DNA of 64,000 nucleotides from Chlamydiota bacterium (GTDB lineage: Bacteria; Chlamydiota; Chlamydiia; Chlamydiales; JACKPQ01), in the NCBI GenBank assembly GCA_021772435.1, contig JAJFLZ010000020.1, forward strand, positions 22,983 to 86,982. Reading direction: 5' to 3'. Position 1 is the stretch's first letter. Each line of letters opens with the position of its first letter. The notes below the pieces were generated by a model. The model did not search any database and was not told the DNA's origin. It saw only the letters and a list, made by a program, of their open reading frames with translations. A program made the translations under genes and the position numbers. Shown here in pieces: positions 20,523 to 30,065 of this stretch.

Positions 20523-20537
20523 ACAAGTTATTTCTTT

Positions 20538-20692
20538 CGAGATTATCTTTTGGCGCATTTCGGATCCTTGCTCGGGGGCAGTACCACAGTACAGCACCCC
20601 TTGCGACGGACGCTCCCTTCGGGGCGCCCTCGTTACTTGCGTACTCGGGCCCAAACTGCATCCAAAACCTAGATCTCGTATCGTTGACTAAC
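20538..20692 (+). repeat. dispersed repeat family B, full copy (about 155 bp)
   Basis: Reverse-complement match to 63455-63610 along its whole length. Short terminal inverted CGAGAT. Internal GC hairpin GCGCTCCCTTCGGGGCGC. Confidence 0.85.
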
Positions 20693-20752
20693 TCAAATTA
20701 TCTAAAATGTTCGTGCAGCTGGTCTGCAAATCATAGTCAAGTCTAGCTATTA

Positions 20753-21268
20753 TTAGGTGAGGGCGATGAAGATGGCGCCGATTGATGCTAACCAGGTAAG
20801 GGGATTCCAGGATGATTGCTGCGCTTTTCTAGCCGCTTCCTCAGCTGCTCTTTTGGCTGCTGCTTCAGCCGCTGCTTTGGCTGCAGTTTCCGCTGCTGCT
20901 CTTTTGTTAGCTCCTTGATATCCTTTGTAAACCATGGTCGCAAGTAGCATAAGCATTAAAGCAGCCAGTATGGCGGCAGCTCCAATTAGGAAGACTTCAG
21001 GCGCAAGCGTTGGAATAAGAACTGGTATCATCAGTGCCGAGACTTTCATCGAAAGAAGCAGGAGAATGATCTGCTCTGGTGAAAAATCAAAGCAACAGCT
21101 AATGGCACCTAAAGATAGCGTCTCTAGATTGATGACAGATGTCCAGGTCAATCCTTTGGTCTCCTCAAGCCAGTTTTTTTGGCTAGGTTGAGGCAATGAG
21201 ACGACGTTCCTCGCCGGAGGAGCCTGCGGGGTTGTCCACTGAAATAAATGTGTTATTTTTGTAATCAT
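20753..21268 (-). CDS. Inc-like membrane protein candidate
   Basis: About 48-residue hydrophobic block IILLLLSMKVSALMIPVLIPTLAPEVFLIGAAAILAALMLMLLATMVY, an Ala/Glu/Lys-rich helix, and a C-terminal TM segment. Confidence 0.5.
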   Translation of the reverse strand: MITKITHLFQWTTPQAPPARNVVSLPQPSQKNWLEETKGLTWTSVINLETLSLGAISCCFDFSPEQIILLLLSMKVSALMIPVLIPTLAPEVFLIGAAAILAALMLMLLATMVYKGYQGANKRAAAETAAKAAAEAAAKRAAEEAARKAQQSSWNPLTWLASIGAIFIALT

Positions 21269-21377
21269 AATTATACACCTTGTTCGATGATTATAATACT
21301 AAACAATATAATATAAGTCAATTATAATAAATAATTTACATTACTATAAATTACTTTAGAAATTAGCATTCAGGGCT

Positions 21378-21405
21378 TTACAACAGGTTAGTTGTTGCAT
21401 ATAGT
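21378..21405 (+). promoter_or_regulatory. candidate sigma-70-type promoter for gapA
   Basis: TTACAA, 16-bp spacer, TATAGT, in an AT-rich divergent intergenic region. Confidence 0.3.
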
Positions 21406-21419
21406 GAAAAAAAATTTAG

Positions 21420-22436
<1,017 letters not shown>

Positions 22437-22458
22437 CAAAAACCATAGGAATATCCTC

Positions 22459-23166
22459 GTGAATTTTACCCGAGAACCCATTACAGAAACCATTATCACC
22501 CCTAAAGAAGGCAATAAACTTGTCGTCCGCAATACAAAAGGGGGAAATAGTGAGTACAATGTTGATGCCGTTGAGGTTGTCAACTTTGGTACAGCGCTAT
22601 TTTTTCGCTCACTTGAGCGTCCGAAATCTTTTCTTTTGCCCGTCAGCGATTTTGAAGTTGTTGAAACAAAAGAAACACGCGTTGCTATTAAGTCTGCCCA
22701 GATTGAAAAGTCTGTTAAAATTTCAGGTGGCAAAACTGAAGAAACAAAGTCCGAAGATCAGCCTGAAAAGAAAAAACGCCGTTCGCGCCGTCGCCGTGTT
22801 AATGAAGATAAGCCTAGCCTTGCCGAAAAGGCCAAAGGAGGTGATACAACCGATGATGCAAAACCTGCCTCATCGCCCAGGCAAAGCTCTCTGTTTGCCC
22901 CCCCCAGCTCTCTTATCTCTGAACAAATCGGAGAAAAATACAAAAACTACCGGTCTACTGAAGCGAATCTTCCAGAAAAGCTAAGCACTGAATCTCAAGC
23001 GGCCGGCCATCAAGAAGACGAGCCCATCGACCACACACCGCTAGAAGACTTCTCTTCTGAAGAAGTCATGCCCGATGCGGAAGTCTTTGAGACGACAACT
23101 GAAGTCGAATCTACGCCCGATATCAAACTACCAACGCCCGACACAGGCGAAAAAGACGAATCTTAA
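22459..23166 (+). CDS. hypothetical protein with a charged, low-complexity C-terminal half
   Basis: GTG-start ORF of 235 aa. KKKRRSRRRR block followed by an acidic tail. Confidence 0.5.
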   Translation: MNFTREPITETIITPKEGNKLVVRNTKGGNSEYNVDAVEVVNFGTALFFRSLERPKSFLLPVSDFEVVETKETRVAIKSAQIEKSVKISGGKTEETKSEDQPEKKKRRSRRRRVNEDKPSLAEKAKGGDTTDDAKPASSPRQSSLFAPPSSLISEQIGEKYKNYRSTEANLPEKLSTESQAAGHQEDEPIDHTPLEDFSSEEVMPDAEVFETTTEVESTPDIKLPTPDTGEKDES

Positions 23167-23170
23167 GACT

Positions 23171-23204
23171 ATTTTGAAGGGGCCATTTCTGGCCCTTTCA
23201 AAAT
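23171..23204 (+). terminator. hairpin immediately after the stop codon
   Basis: ATTTTGAAGGGGCC-ATTTCT-GGCCCTTTCAAAAT forms a 14-bp stem with 1 mismatch. There is no clear T-run. Confidence 0.45.
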
Positions 23205-23384
23205 CCTATTTCAGGTTATTAACTCAGGCTCGCTCCCTATCTTGCCTATTTTCGCGTGCGCGCCGAAAGCGAAGATAGGGCGCAAGTCGGGCTATTAAAA
23301 GGAAAATTGTCATGGGGTGAGAAATCTTGTCGCGAGAAAATCGTTTCTGCCTTAGGATGAGGGTTTACACTCATCGGAGGCGTC

Positions 23385-23981
23385 ATGGAGTCAGTTTCAT
23401 TTTATCTTGCTGGAAGCATTCAAAAGGGGCATGAGCAAAACGAGTCCGAATGGACAAATGCACATATGGAGCATCTAAAAAATGGTCTAGCGCCTCTAGA
23501 TGTACTATTTCTTAATCCAGCCCAGCGCAAAGACGACCTCTCTGATTCTCTCTCTGTTTTTGGCAGAGATATGACTCAAGTTTTTCTAGCTGATATTGTC
23601 TTGGTCGATGCAAGGCATAGAAGGGGACTTGGTGTAGGAGCTGAAATGATGTGGTCAAAATTGCATCATAAACCTCTGCTTACTTGGGCTCCAACAGACA
23701 CGCATTACCACAAAAAAAATTCTACGCTGCTCGGGCAACCGATCGAAGATTACACTCACCCTTTTGTCTACTCGTTGAGTGATTTTATTTTTGAAACGCT
23801 TGATGAGGCAATCGAGTGGATTCAATCATACGTAAATGGAGAGGTGGATCAAATCAAGGATCTGTCTTCTATTCAAAGAGCCATGGTGCACTATCAAAAA
23901 ACGCAGTATCCCATTGATACGCCCATGCAAAAGCTCATTCAATCATCTAAACAACTTATGGAGAAATTTCAAACATGCTAA
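23385..23981 (+). CDS. nucleoside 2-deoxyribosyltransferase-like fold protein (tentative)
   Basis: FYLAGSI...ADIVLVDA...GLGVGAEMMW...HKPLL resembles the YLAG / D..G...E pattern of that family. Confidence 0.35.
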   Translation: MESVSFYLAGSIQKGHEQNESEWTNAHMEHLKNGLAPLDVLFLNPAQRKDDLSDSLSVFGRDMTQVFLADIVLVDARHRRGLGVGAEMMWSKLHHKPLLTWAPTDTHYHKKNSTLLGQPIEDYTHPFVYSLSDFIFETLDEAIEWIQSYVNGEVDQIKDLSSIQRAMVHYQKTQYPIDTPMQKLIQSSKQLMEKFQTC

Positions 23982-24013
23982 AGGTTCTGCTTTGTCTTTT
24001 TATTTTTCCACTG

Positions 24014-25003
24014 ATGGCTCAAAACGTGCTTGTGACAGGAGGTGCGGGTTTTATCGGATCGCACGTCTGTAAACAGCTGCACGATCAAGGTTATACACCC
24101 ATTACTTACGACAATTTAGAATGTGGATTAGAGAGTTTTGTCAAATGGGGACCTTTTGTTAAAGGTGATCTGCTCGATAAACAGACATTGGCTGCAACGA
24201 TCAAAAAATACAAGCCGGTGGCGGTGATGCATCTAGCAGCAGCTATCAGCGTGCGAGAATCAACAGATAACCCATCGAAGCATTACTGGAATAATGTCGT
24301 AGGCACGCTATCGCTTCTGGATGCAATGAGAGAAGCTGGATGCGACAGCCTCATTTTTTCTAGCAGTTGTGCAGTTTATGGCACACCAGAAAAATTGCCA
24401 GTTGTTGAAACCACGCCTTATGCGCCGCAGAGCCCTTACGGCAGAACCAAGCAGATGATTGAGACCATTCTCAAAGATTATGATGATGCCTACGACATTA
24501 AAACGGTGACATTGCGTTATTTCAACGTCAATGGTTGCGATCAAGATAGTGGCCTTTATGAGCAGCGCTCCGATCAGTTCCATCTTGTCCCCCTAGCATT
24601 TAATGCCGCATTCGGTGGTGATCAGCTCAAGATTTTCGGCGCCGACTTTCCAACGGCTGATGGAACGGCTATCCGCGATTACATCCATGTCAAAGACATT
24701 GCAAGCGCGCACATAAAATCACTAGCTTATTTGGAAAAAAACAGGCGCAGTGATCATTTTAATCTCGGTACAGGGCATGGATTTTCAGTGAAGGGCGTTT
24801 TAGATACTATCGAAAAAATCACTGGAAAAACCGTCGCTGCAGATGTCGTATCTAGGCGTCCTGGCGAGCCCTCTAAAATTATTGCTGACATCACCAAAGC
24901 CAAGCACATTTTAGAATGGAAGCCGGAGCATTCATCCCTAGAAAATATTTTAGGCAGCTATTACCATGCACTAAAGCAGAATTTGCTTGAAAACAAGCCG
25001 TAA
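24014..25003 (+). CDS. galE: UDP-glucose 4-epimerase
   Basis: VLVTGGAGFIGSH, YGRTK. ORF-track start 23975 overlaps the previous gene, so I prefer ATG 24014. Confidence 0.88.
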   Translation: MAQNVLVTGGAGFIGSHVCKQLHDQGYTPITYDNLECGLESFVKWGPFVKGDLLDKQTLAATIKKYKPVAVMHLAAAISVRESTDNPSKHYWNNVVGTLSLLDAMREAGCDSLIFSSSCAVYGTPEKLPVVETTPYAPQSPYGRTKQMIETILKDYDDAYDIKTVTLRYFNVNGCDQDSGLYEQRSDQFHLVPLAFNAAFGGDQLKIFGADFPTADGTAIRDYIHVKDIASAHIKSLAYLEKNRRSDHFNLGTGHGFSVKGVLDTIEKITGKTVAADVVSRRPGEPSKIIADITKAKHILEWKPEHSSLENILGSYYHALKQNLLENKP

Positions 25004-25038
25004 TCCCATCTAAACTATAGAGCTATCAACTGACGCCA

Positions 25039-25123
25039 GCTCGGGTGGTGGAATGGTAGACACAAAAGACTTAAAATCTTTTGGGGAGTAATCCCCGTGC
25101 GGGTTCGAGTCCCGCCCCGAGCA
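25039..25123 (+). tRNA. tRNA-Leu (anticodon UAA)
   Basis: Acceptor stem GCTCGGG/CCCGAGC. Anticodon stem AAAGA/TCTTT with loop CTTAAAA. Long variable arm GGGGAGTAATCCCC. T arm GCGGGTTCGAGTCCCGC. CCA is not encoded. Confidence 0.9.
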
Positions 25124-25148
25124 TGACTTGCTAACCAAAGGTGGTTCT

Positions 25149-25520
25149 ATGGCTACGGCGATTATGGGCTCATTAATATTTGATAGAATAACGGATCAAA
25201 CAGTTGTGCCTGAGATGGGCACAAACAAGTATACGGAATTTTATCTCTCAGTAAATTTTTGCGATGATTGCGCTGTTGATAGATTAGAACCTATTATTAC
25301 GTCTAAACAAATAACTAAGTTGTTTTTAAGTATTAATGCTCTTGAAGATAGTGGTGCAGAAAAGTTAGTCAGTTGTTTGAATAAAGTAAATGCCTATCCA
25401 TATGTTAGCATCAACAAAATAGCAAGCCAGTTTTCTAAGAGTGTATTGAATGCGCTAGCCAGTAATAAAAATTTGGCTATTAAAGGTCATGGAATCAGTC
25501 TAAATTTAGAAACCGTTTAA
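25149..25520 (+). CDS. small protein with ribonuclease-inhibitor-type leucine-rich repeats (tentative)
   Basis: LFLSINALEDSGAEKLVSCL and FYLSVNFCDDCAVDRLEPII fit the LxLxxNxLxDxGAxxL pattern. Confidence 0.35.
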   Translation: MATAIMGSLIFDRITDQTVVPEMGTNKYTEFYLSVNFCDDCAVDRLEPIITSKQITKLFLSINALEDSGAEKLVSCLNKVNAYPYVSINKIASQFSKSVLNALASNKNLAIKGHGISLNLETV

Positions 25521-25527
25521 GATTTTT

Positions 25528-26052
25528 TTAATGTTGTAATATTTGTTTGAGGTGAGCTGTGACGCGGACGATGTCGGTTGTTTGGATTTCGCCATCTTCC
25601 CAAAGTGAGCTTGCGATATCGAGCTCTTTGGCAGTGGACTCGACAGCGCGGACAAAACTGCCTGCAAAACAAATGTGAGCTAAGGCGCGAAATAGCTGAG
25701 CGATGGCGCTGATTTCAGGTAGAGATGGAGCAGACTGAGCCGCTCTAGTTGTGTCATTGATCACATTGATAAGAGCCCCTTTCGTGCTGATGATTGGAAA
25801 CTTTAAAGGCATGTTATTTTCGAAAAAAATGGATAGCTCAGAAACGTCATGACCAAGAGAATGTGCAACGCGGCGGAAGTTGGCTAGTTTTTGAACCTGC
25901 TCAGGCGAAAATTCAGGGGAGGGCTCTTCGATCGATTTATCGATAATACGCGCTAATATCATCAGCTCTGCAGGGTCATCAAAGTTGATTTTTTCTTTGT
26001 TAAGTGTTTGTAATGCGTGTTCAAAGGGGGTGTTTTTATCTTTCTTATTCAT
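25528..26052 (-). CDS. hypothetical protein (third gene of a coupled three-gene unit)
   Basis: 174-aa ORF whose start overlaps the upstream stop by 4 nt. Confidence 0.5.
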   Translation of the reverse strand: MNKKDKNTPFEHALQTLNKEKINFDDPAELMILARIIDKSIEEPSPEFSPEQVQKLANFRRVAHSLGHDVSELSIFFENNMPLKFPIISTKGALINVINDTTRAAQSAPSLPEISAIAQLFRALAHICFAGSFVRAVESTAKELDIASSLWEDGEIQTTDIVRVTAHLKQILQH

Positions 26053-26258
26053 TTTAAAAGCAGACGAATGTCCTGTGTTAGTTGATCTATTCTACTGATG
26101 AGAATTTCCTTGGGTAAGTTTCCTTGCATCCACTCTTTGGTGTATCCTAGAAGATGGTGGGCTTCGAGTTTGGTCTGCTCGCTTATATTGGGATTGGCTG
26201 TGATAAATGTGATAAGCGTTGTCAGCTCGCCTATAAGAGGTGCTTTTTCAACTTGCAT
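26049..26258 (-). CDS. hypothetical small helical protein
   Basis: 69-aa ORF that overlaps both neighbours (11 nt and 4 nt). Confidence 0.45.
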   Translation of the reverse strand: MQVEKAPLIGELTTLITFITANPNISEQTKLEAHHLLGYTKEWMQGNLPKEILISRIDQLTQDIRLLLK

Positions 26259-26673
26259 GGATTTCCTCTTTGATATGAGATAAAACGCCTGAAATCAAAT
26301 CAATGTATTGATTGTGCGGTATTTCGGGATGTTTTGCTCCGAGGGTTTTGAGTGTTTCTTGCATGGGTTTGATTAGGTCTGGCGTAGGATTTTTTTTATA
26401 CTCTTCAAATTGTTTGCAAAGCTCTGTGACATCTTTGTGAAATTCAGGGTGAGAGAGCTTACTGTCGAAAAATAGCAATACATCTACCATGCCACCTAGC
26501 TGGTCGCTATCCACTTTGCCATCTGCGCCTTTGTAAGAGTTGTCGTCTAACGTTTGGGCAAGCGCTGATAACGTGTGTTGCAAATTAACAGCATGCCCAG
26601 GACTAAGAGGTGTGCCGTAAATCGGCTGCCCGAATGGGGATATAGGAGGTATATGATCCATGTTTAACTTCAT
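26248..26673 (-). CDS. hypothetical protein (first gene of the three-gene unit)
   Basis: 141-aa ORF with no recognisable motif. Confidence 0.5.
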   Translation of the reverse strand: MKLNMDHIPPISPFGQPIYGTPLSPGHAVNLQHTLSALAQTLDDNSYKGADGKVDSDQLGGMVDVLLFFDSKLSHPEFHKDVTELCKQFEEYKKNPTPDLIKPMQETLKTLGAKHPEIPHNQYIDLISGVLSHIKEEIHAS

Positions 26674-26769
26674 AACATAATAATATTTTTTTGAAACAGG
26701 CGTAAAAAATTAATTGAGCATAAGCTGGCATATTTGGTAACCTCAGTACCACTAATTCTGGAGGCAAAT

Positions 26770-27378
26770 ATGAAAAAACTGTGTGCAATGTTATGTCTAT
26801 TTGTGATTTCAAGTTTTGCACAAGATGCAGAGCGCACCATCTCACACGTAGATCATCACACCTTTGAGCTAGGGACAATTGTCACTTTTACCTTGTCCGA
26901 TTACTCTACTTGGAAAAAATTCATTCATCTTGACCATGAGCATTTATTACACACAATTTGTGATCAGCTGCACGTTGGTGATAAGGTTGCTATCACAGAA
27001 AAGCAATTTTCCAAGCATTTTTGTTTAGAAAAACCCAACACACGAAAAATCTCAGTAGGGATGGCCAAGGGCACCAAATCGCTTTTGCCAACGATCAAAT
27101 CCATCCAGAAAGTGACAGCCCAAGAGGCGGGTTGGTTTTCAAAAGCGAAATACGCCTATGATGTGACTTTATCTGATTCGTCGATGTGGAGACAACCTAG
27201 CGAGTTAGTTTCGCTGCACTGGAGGGAAGGCGATGCAGTCATCGTTAATGCAGAGGGCGGTAAAGCCTATCTCGTTAACGTCGATGCTGAGCATTATCTT
27301 TTGTCTGAAAAAGGAGATCGACAAGATCTGCGTGGGATCTATTTTGATCGTACCCCATCTATTTGGAGGATGATATGA
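26770..27378 (+). CDS. secreted protein, tandem paralog 1 with an internal two-module repeat
   Basis: Signal peptide MKKLCAMLCLFVISSFAQD. Modules are TFTLSDYSTWKK...VGDKVAI and VTLSDSSMWRQ...WREGDAVIV. Confidence 0.6.
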   Translation: MKKLCAMLCLFVISSFAQDAERTISHVDHHTFELGTIVTFTLSDYSTWKKFIHLDHEHLLHTICDQLHVGDKVAITEKQFSKHFCLEKPNTRKISVGMAKGTKSLLPTIKSIQKVTAQEAGWFSKAKYAYDVTLSDSSMWRQPSELVSLHWREGDAVIVNAEGGKAYLVNVDAEHYLLSEKGDRQDLRGIYFDRTPSIWRMI

Positions 27379-27959
27379 AAAAGCTCTGCATTTTTTTCTG
27401 TTTACTGAGCTTTGCGGTGTTTGGAGGAGGTTATCGAATCACAGTTGACGCGCTCGATATCGATGATGAGCCGCCCCGAGCAATTGTCACTTTAAAATTG
27501 TCTAATCATACAACCTGGAAGTGTTTGTGTTCTCCTGAATCTGGTGTTGCAGTTAAGGATGTCACAAAAAAGTTAAAGGTTGGCGATGAGGTTGCGTTTT
27601 ATCGTAGTAAAGGGTCAGAGAGAGGCATTGGGAGACCTGACAGCAAAGAACATGTATATTTTAGGATGACCAAAAAGTCGAAAGCTAGTTTGCCAAAATT
27701 TACGCGGTATGAAAAAGTTGAAGCTAAGCAAAAAGGTTGGTTTTCTCCGCCTAAGTATGAAGGGAGAATACATCTTTCTGATGGCTCAATTTGGAGAGAA
27801 GATTTGCTCTATAAGATTCCGTCACTTTGTAAATACTGGAAGAAGGGATCTGCTGTCATGTATTGTGGTCAAAACGCCAATGACGAATGTATTTTTAGGA
27901 ATCTCGATCAAAAATACATAGGACGCGTTTGCTGCACGTCTTTAAAGAATAAAAAATGA
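27375..27959 (+). CDS. secreted protein, tandem paralog 2
   Basis: Signal peptide [17 protein letters not shown]. Modules are [12 protein letters not shown]...VGDEVAF and [11 protein letters not shown]...[13 protein letters not shown] overlap with paralog 1. Confidence 0.6.
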   Translation: MKKLCIFFCLLSFAVFGGGYRITVDALDIDDEPPRAIVTLKLSNHTTWKCLCSPESGVAVKDVTKKLKVGDEVAFYRSKGSERGIGRPDSKEHVYFRMTKKSKASLPKFTRYEKVEAKQKGWFSPPKYEGRIHLSDGSIWREDLLYKIPSLCKYWKKGSAVMYCGQNANDECIFRNLDQKYIGRVCCTSLKNKK

Positions 27960-29102
27960 TTTGAGTTTGTCGAAAAAGCCGCTTTTGCGAGGGGAATTGT
28001 GCTCGGTCTCTAGATCGGCATAAGCTTGCAGGGCGGATTTTTGTTTCGAGGATAGGTTAACAGGTGTTTCGACTTGGATGTGGACGAGTAGGTCGCCTTT
28101 GCCATGGCCGTGGACGTTAGGGACGCCTTCACCTCGTACGCGCAGGATTTTGCCAGATTGCGTACCTTCAGGGATAGTTAAGCGTACGCTGCCAGAGAGG
28201 GGAGTGGGGATTTCTTTTTTAACGCCAAGGGTGGCTTCTGTAAAGCTGACGGGCAGCTCTAAGATGATATCGTCGCCTTCACGCTTGAAAACTTCGTGAG
28301 GAGTGACGTTGATGTAGACAAAGAGATCGCCAGGTGGTCCACCAGCAGAGCCTGCATCACCAAAACCGTTCATCTTCATGCGCATGCCATCGTCGACACC
28401 AGCAGGAATAGGGACTTTAACTTTGCGTTTTTCTTTTGAGCGGCCGCCTCCGTGACACTCGGGGCAGATGTCGGTAATCGTTTGTCCGGCGCCGTGGCAC
28501 TGAGGACAGGTTGTAGTCATGGAGAAAAAGCCGCGACTTTGGTGCACTTGGCCAGCGCCGTTACATCCAGAGCACGTTTTGACAGCGTCACGCGATTTAG
28601 CGCCGCTGCCGTGACATTTGCTGCAGTCTACAAAGTTAGTAATAGAGATTTCTTTGTCGATGCCTTTTGCGGCCTCGTCAAAAGAGACGTTGATAGTCGT
28701 TTTTTTACTAGCGCCTTGCTGGGCGTATGATTGATGGCCACCACCACCACCGCCAAAGAGCGATTCGAAAAAGTCGCCACCGCCACCGCCGCCTGTCTGG
28801 CTGCCGAAAGCTCCCATGAAGGTGCGGAGCGCCTCTTCCATGGAAGAGAAGCCTTGCGGGCCGCCGCCAAATCCGCCGCCGCCTTTTAGAGCATCGGCGC
28901 CAAATTGGTCGTAGGTCTGACGTTTTTGATTGTCGCTTAGGACCTCGTAGGCTTCTGAGACTTCCTTGAATTTCTTTTCAGCTGTCTCATCGTCTTTGTT
29001 GCGGTCGGGATGATATTTGAGCGCAAGCTTACGATAGGCTTTTTTAATTTCGCCTTCGCTTGCGCTTTTTTCAACACCTAGTACTTTGTAGTAATCTGTC
29101 AA
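27942..29102 (-). CDS. dnaJ: chaperone DnaJ
   Basis: J domain DYYKVLGV...HPDRN, G/F region, four CxxCxG motifs. Confidence 0.96.
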   Translation of the reverse strand: MTDYYKVLGVEKSASEGEIKKAYRKLALKYHPDRNKDDETAEKKFKEVSEAYEVLSDNQKRQTYDQFGADALKGGGGFGGGPQGFSSMEEALRTFMGAFGSQTGGGGGGDFFESLFGGGGGGHQSYAQQGASKKTTINVSFDEAAKGIDKEISITNFVDCSKCHGSGAKSRDAVKTCSGCNGAGQVHQSRGFFSMTTTCPQCHGAGQTITDICPECHGGGRSKEKRKVKVPIPAGVDDGMRMKMNGFGDAGSAGGPPGDLFVYINVTPHEVFKREGDDIILELPVSFTEATLGVKKEIPTPLSGSVRLTIPEGTQSGKILRVRGEGVPNVHGHGKGDLLVHIQVETPVNLSSKQKSALQAYADLETEHNSPRKSGFFDKLKSFFIL

Positions 29103-29110
29103 AAGAGCCT

Positions 29111-29296
29111 CTATCTAAACTTTTTGAGTTTATATTTTAAGGCGTTTTTTGATTTAAGACGTTTTCTAACAGATGGTTTGTCATTGAAACGCTTGGCTTT
29201 GACAGTTTTCATTACGCCTTCTTTATCAAGTTTTTTCTTGAGAGCTCGAAGAGCTTTTTCAACTGATTCACCGCTGCGGACTTTTACGCTTGTCAT
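29111..29296 (-). CDS. rpsU: 30S ribosomal protein S21
   Basis: [30 protein letters not shown]-track start 29311 is probably 5 codons too early. Confidence 0.9.
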   Translation of the reverse strand: MTSVKVRSGESVEKALRALKKKLDKEGVMKTVKAKRFNDKPSVRKRLKSKNALKYKLKKFR

Positions 29297-29354
29297 GTTT
29301 AAGATCACCACCTTTATCGTTAAAAATTGATGATAACAGAGAGCAGATTATCGG

Positions 29355-29954
29355 TCAAGGTGTGCGTAAGTAGAGGACCTGAACGTCCTTTGCTGGAGTG
29401 GGAGTGAGGTTTGGGAGAAGAGATGCGATATGCGAGGCACTTGGCTGGACAGCGTGCCAATGCAGATCTCTTTTATTCAATGTGGCTTGGAGGTCGGGTG
29501 CATGTGGAGATAAGAGGTGTGTTTGAGTAGGCAGGTCTTTTGCTTCGCAAAGTGTTGGTTCCAAGTAAGTTGTGCCAATATCGGAATGGTTTCCTGAAAG
29601 AGCGTAAATATGGCCTCCTTTAGCATCTAGAATGCTGACAAAGTCGCCTTGTTTCGGCGGCATCGCCATGAGGCTGCAGAAGGGCAAAAGCGGGATGTTA
29701 TGAGCATATCCGAGCGTTTTAGCGATGGTGACACCGATACGCGTGCCGGTGAAAGCACCTGGGCCAATGCCGATCGCGATTGATGTTAAGTCGCTGATTT
29801 TTAGTTCGTGGCATTTTAAAAAGCCGTCAATGGAAGGCAGGAGCACCAATGATTGCTGGCCGACTGGCAGAGGGTACTCGGCGATTAATTCATCGTCTTG
29901 CGCAAGAGCAAGAAGAGAGTAATCACTGCTGGTATCAAGAATTAATGTAGGCAT
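29355..29954 (-). CDS. tsaB: tRNA t6A biosynthesis protein TsaB (YeaZ)
   Basis: LILDTSS..., GIGPGAFTGTRIGVTIAK. Confidence 0.8.
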   Translation of the reverse strand: MPTLILDTSSDYSLLALAQDDELIAEYPLPVGQQSLVLLPSIDGFLKCHELKISDLTSIAIGIGPGAFTGTRIGVTIAKTLGYAHNIPLLPFCSLMAMPPKQGDFVSILDAKGGHIYALSGNHSDIGTTYLEPTLCEAKDLPTQTHLLSPHAPDLQATLNKRDLHWHAVQPSASHIASLLPNLTPTPAKDVQVLYLRTP

Positions 29955-30013
29955 AGGCGTTTTTTTCTTTTATAAAAAGTCTATCATAGACAGGATAAAA
30001 AGTAGAGAGGACC

Positions 30014-30041
30014 TTGCTTTTTACGTATCTTTCGTGATAAT
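30014..30041 (+). promoter_or_regulatory. candidate promoter for lon
   Basis: TTGCTT, 16-bp spacer, GATAAT, about 25 nt upstream of the TTG start. Confidence 0.3.
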
Positions 30042-30065
30042 TTATTACAGATATAGGGGTATTTT

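Noticed and set aside
20455-20746. Four short ORFs (64-83 aa) downstream of rplQ
   Set aside because: They lie within the family-B repeat, and equivalent artefactual ORFs appear at the other copy (63425..63694).
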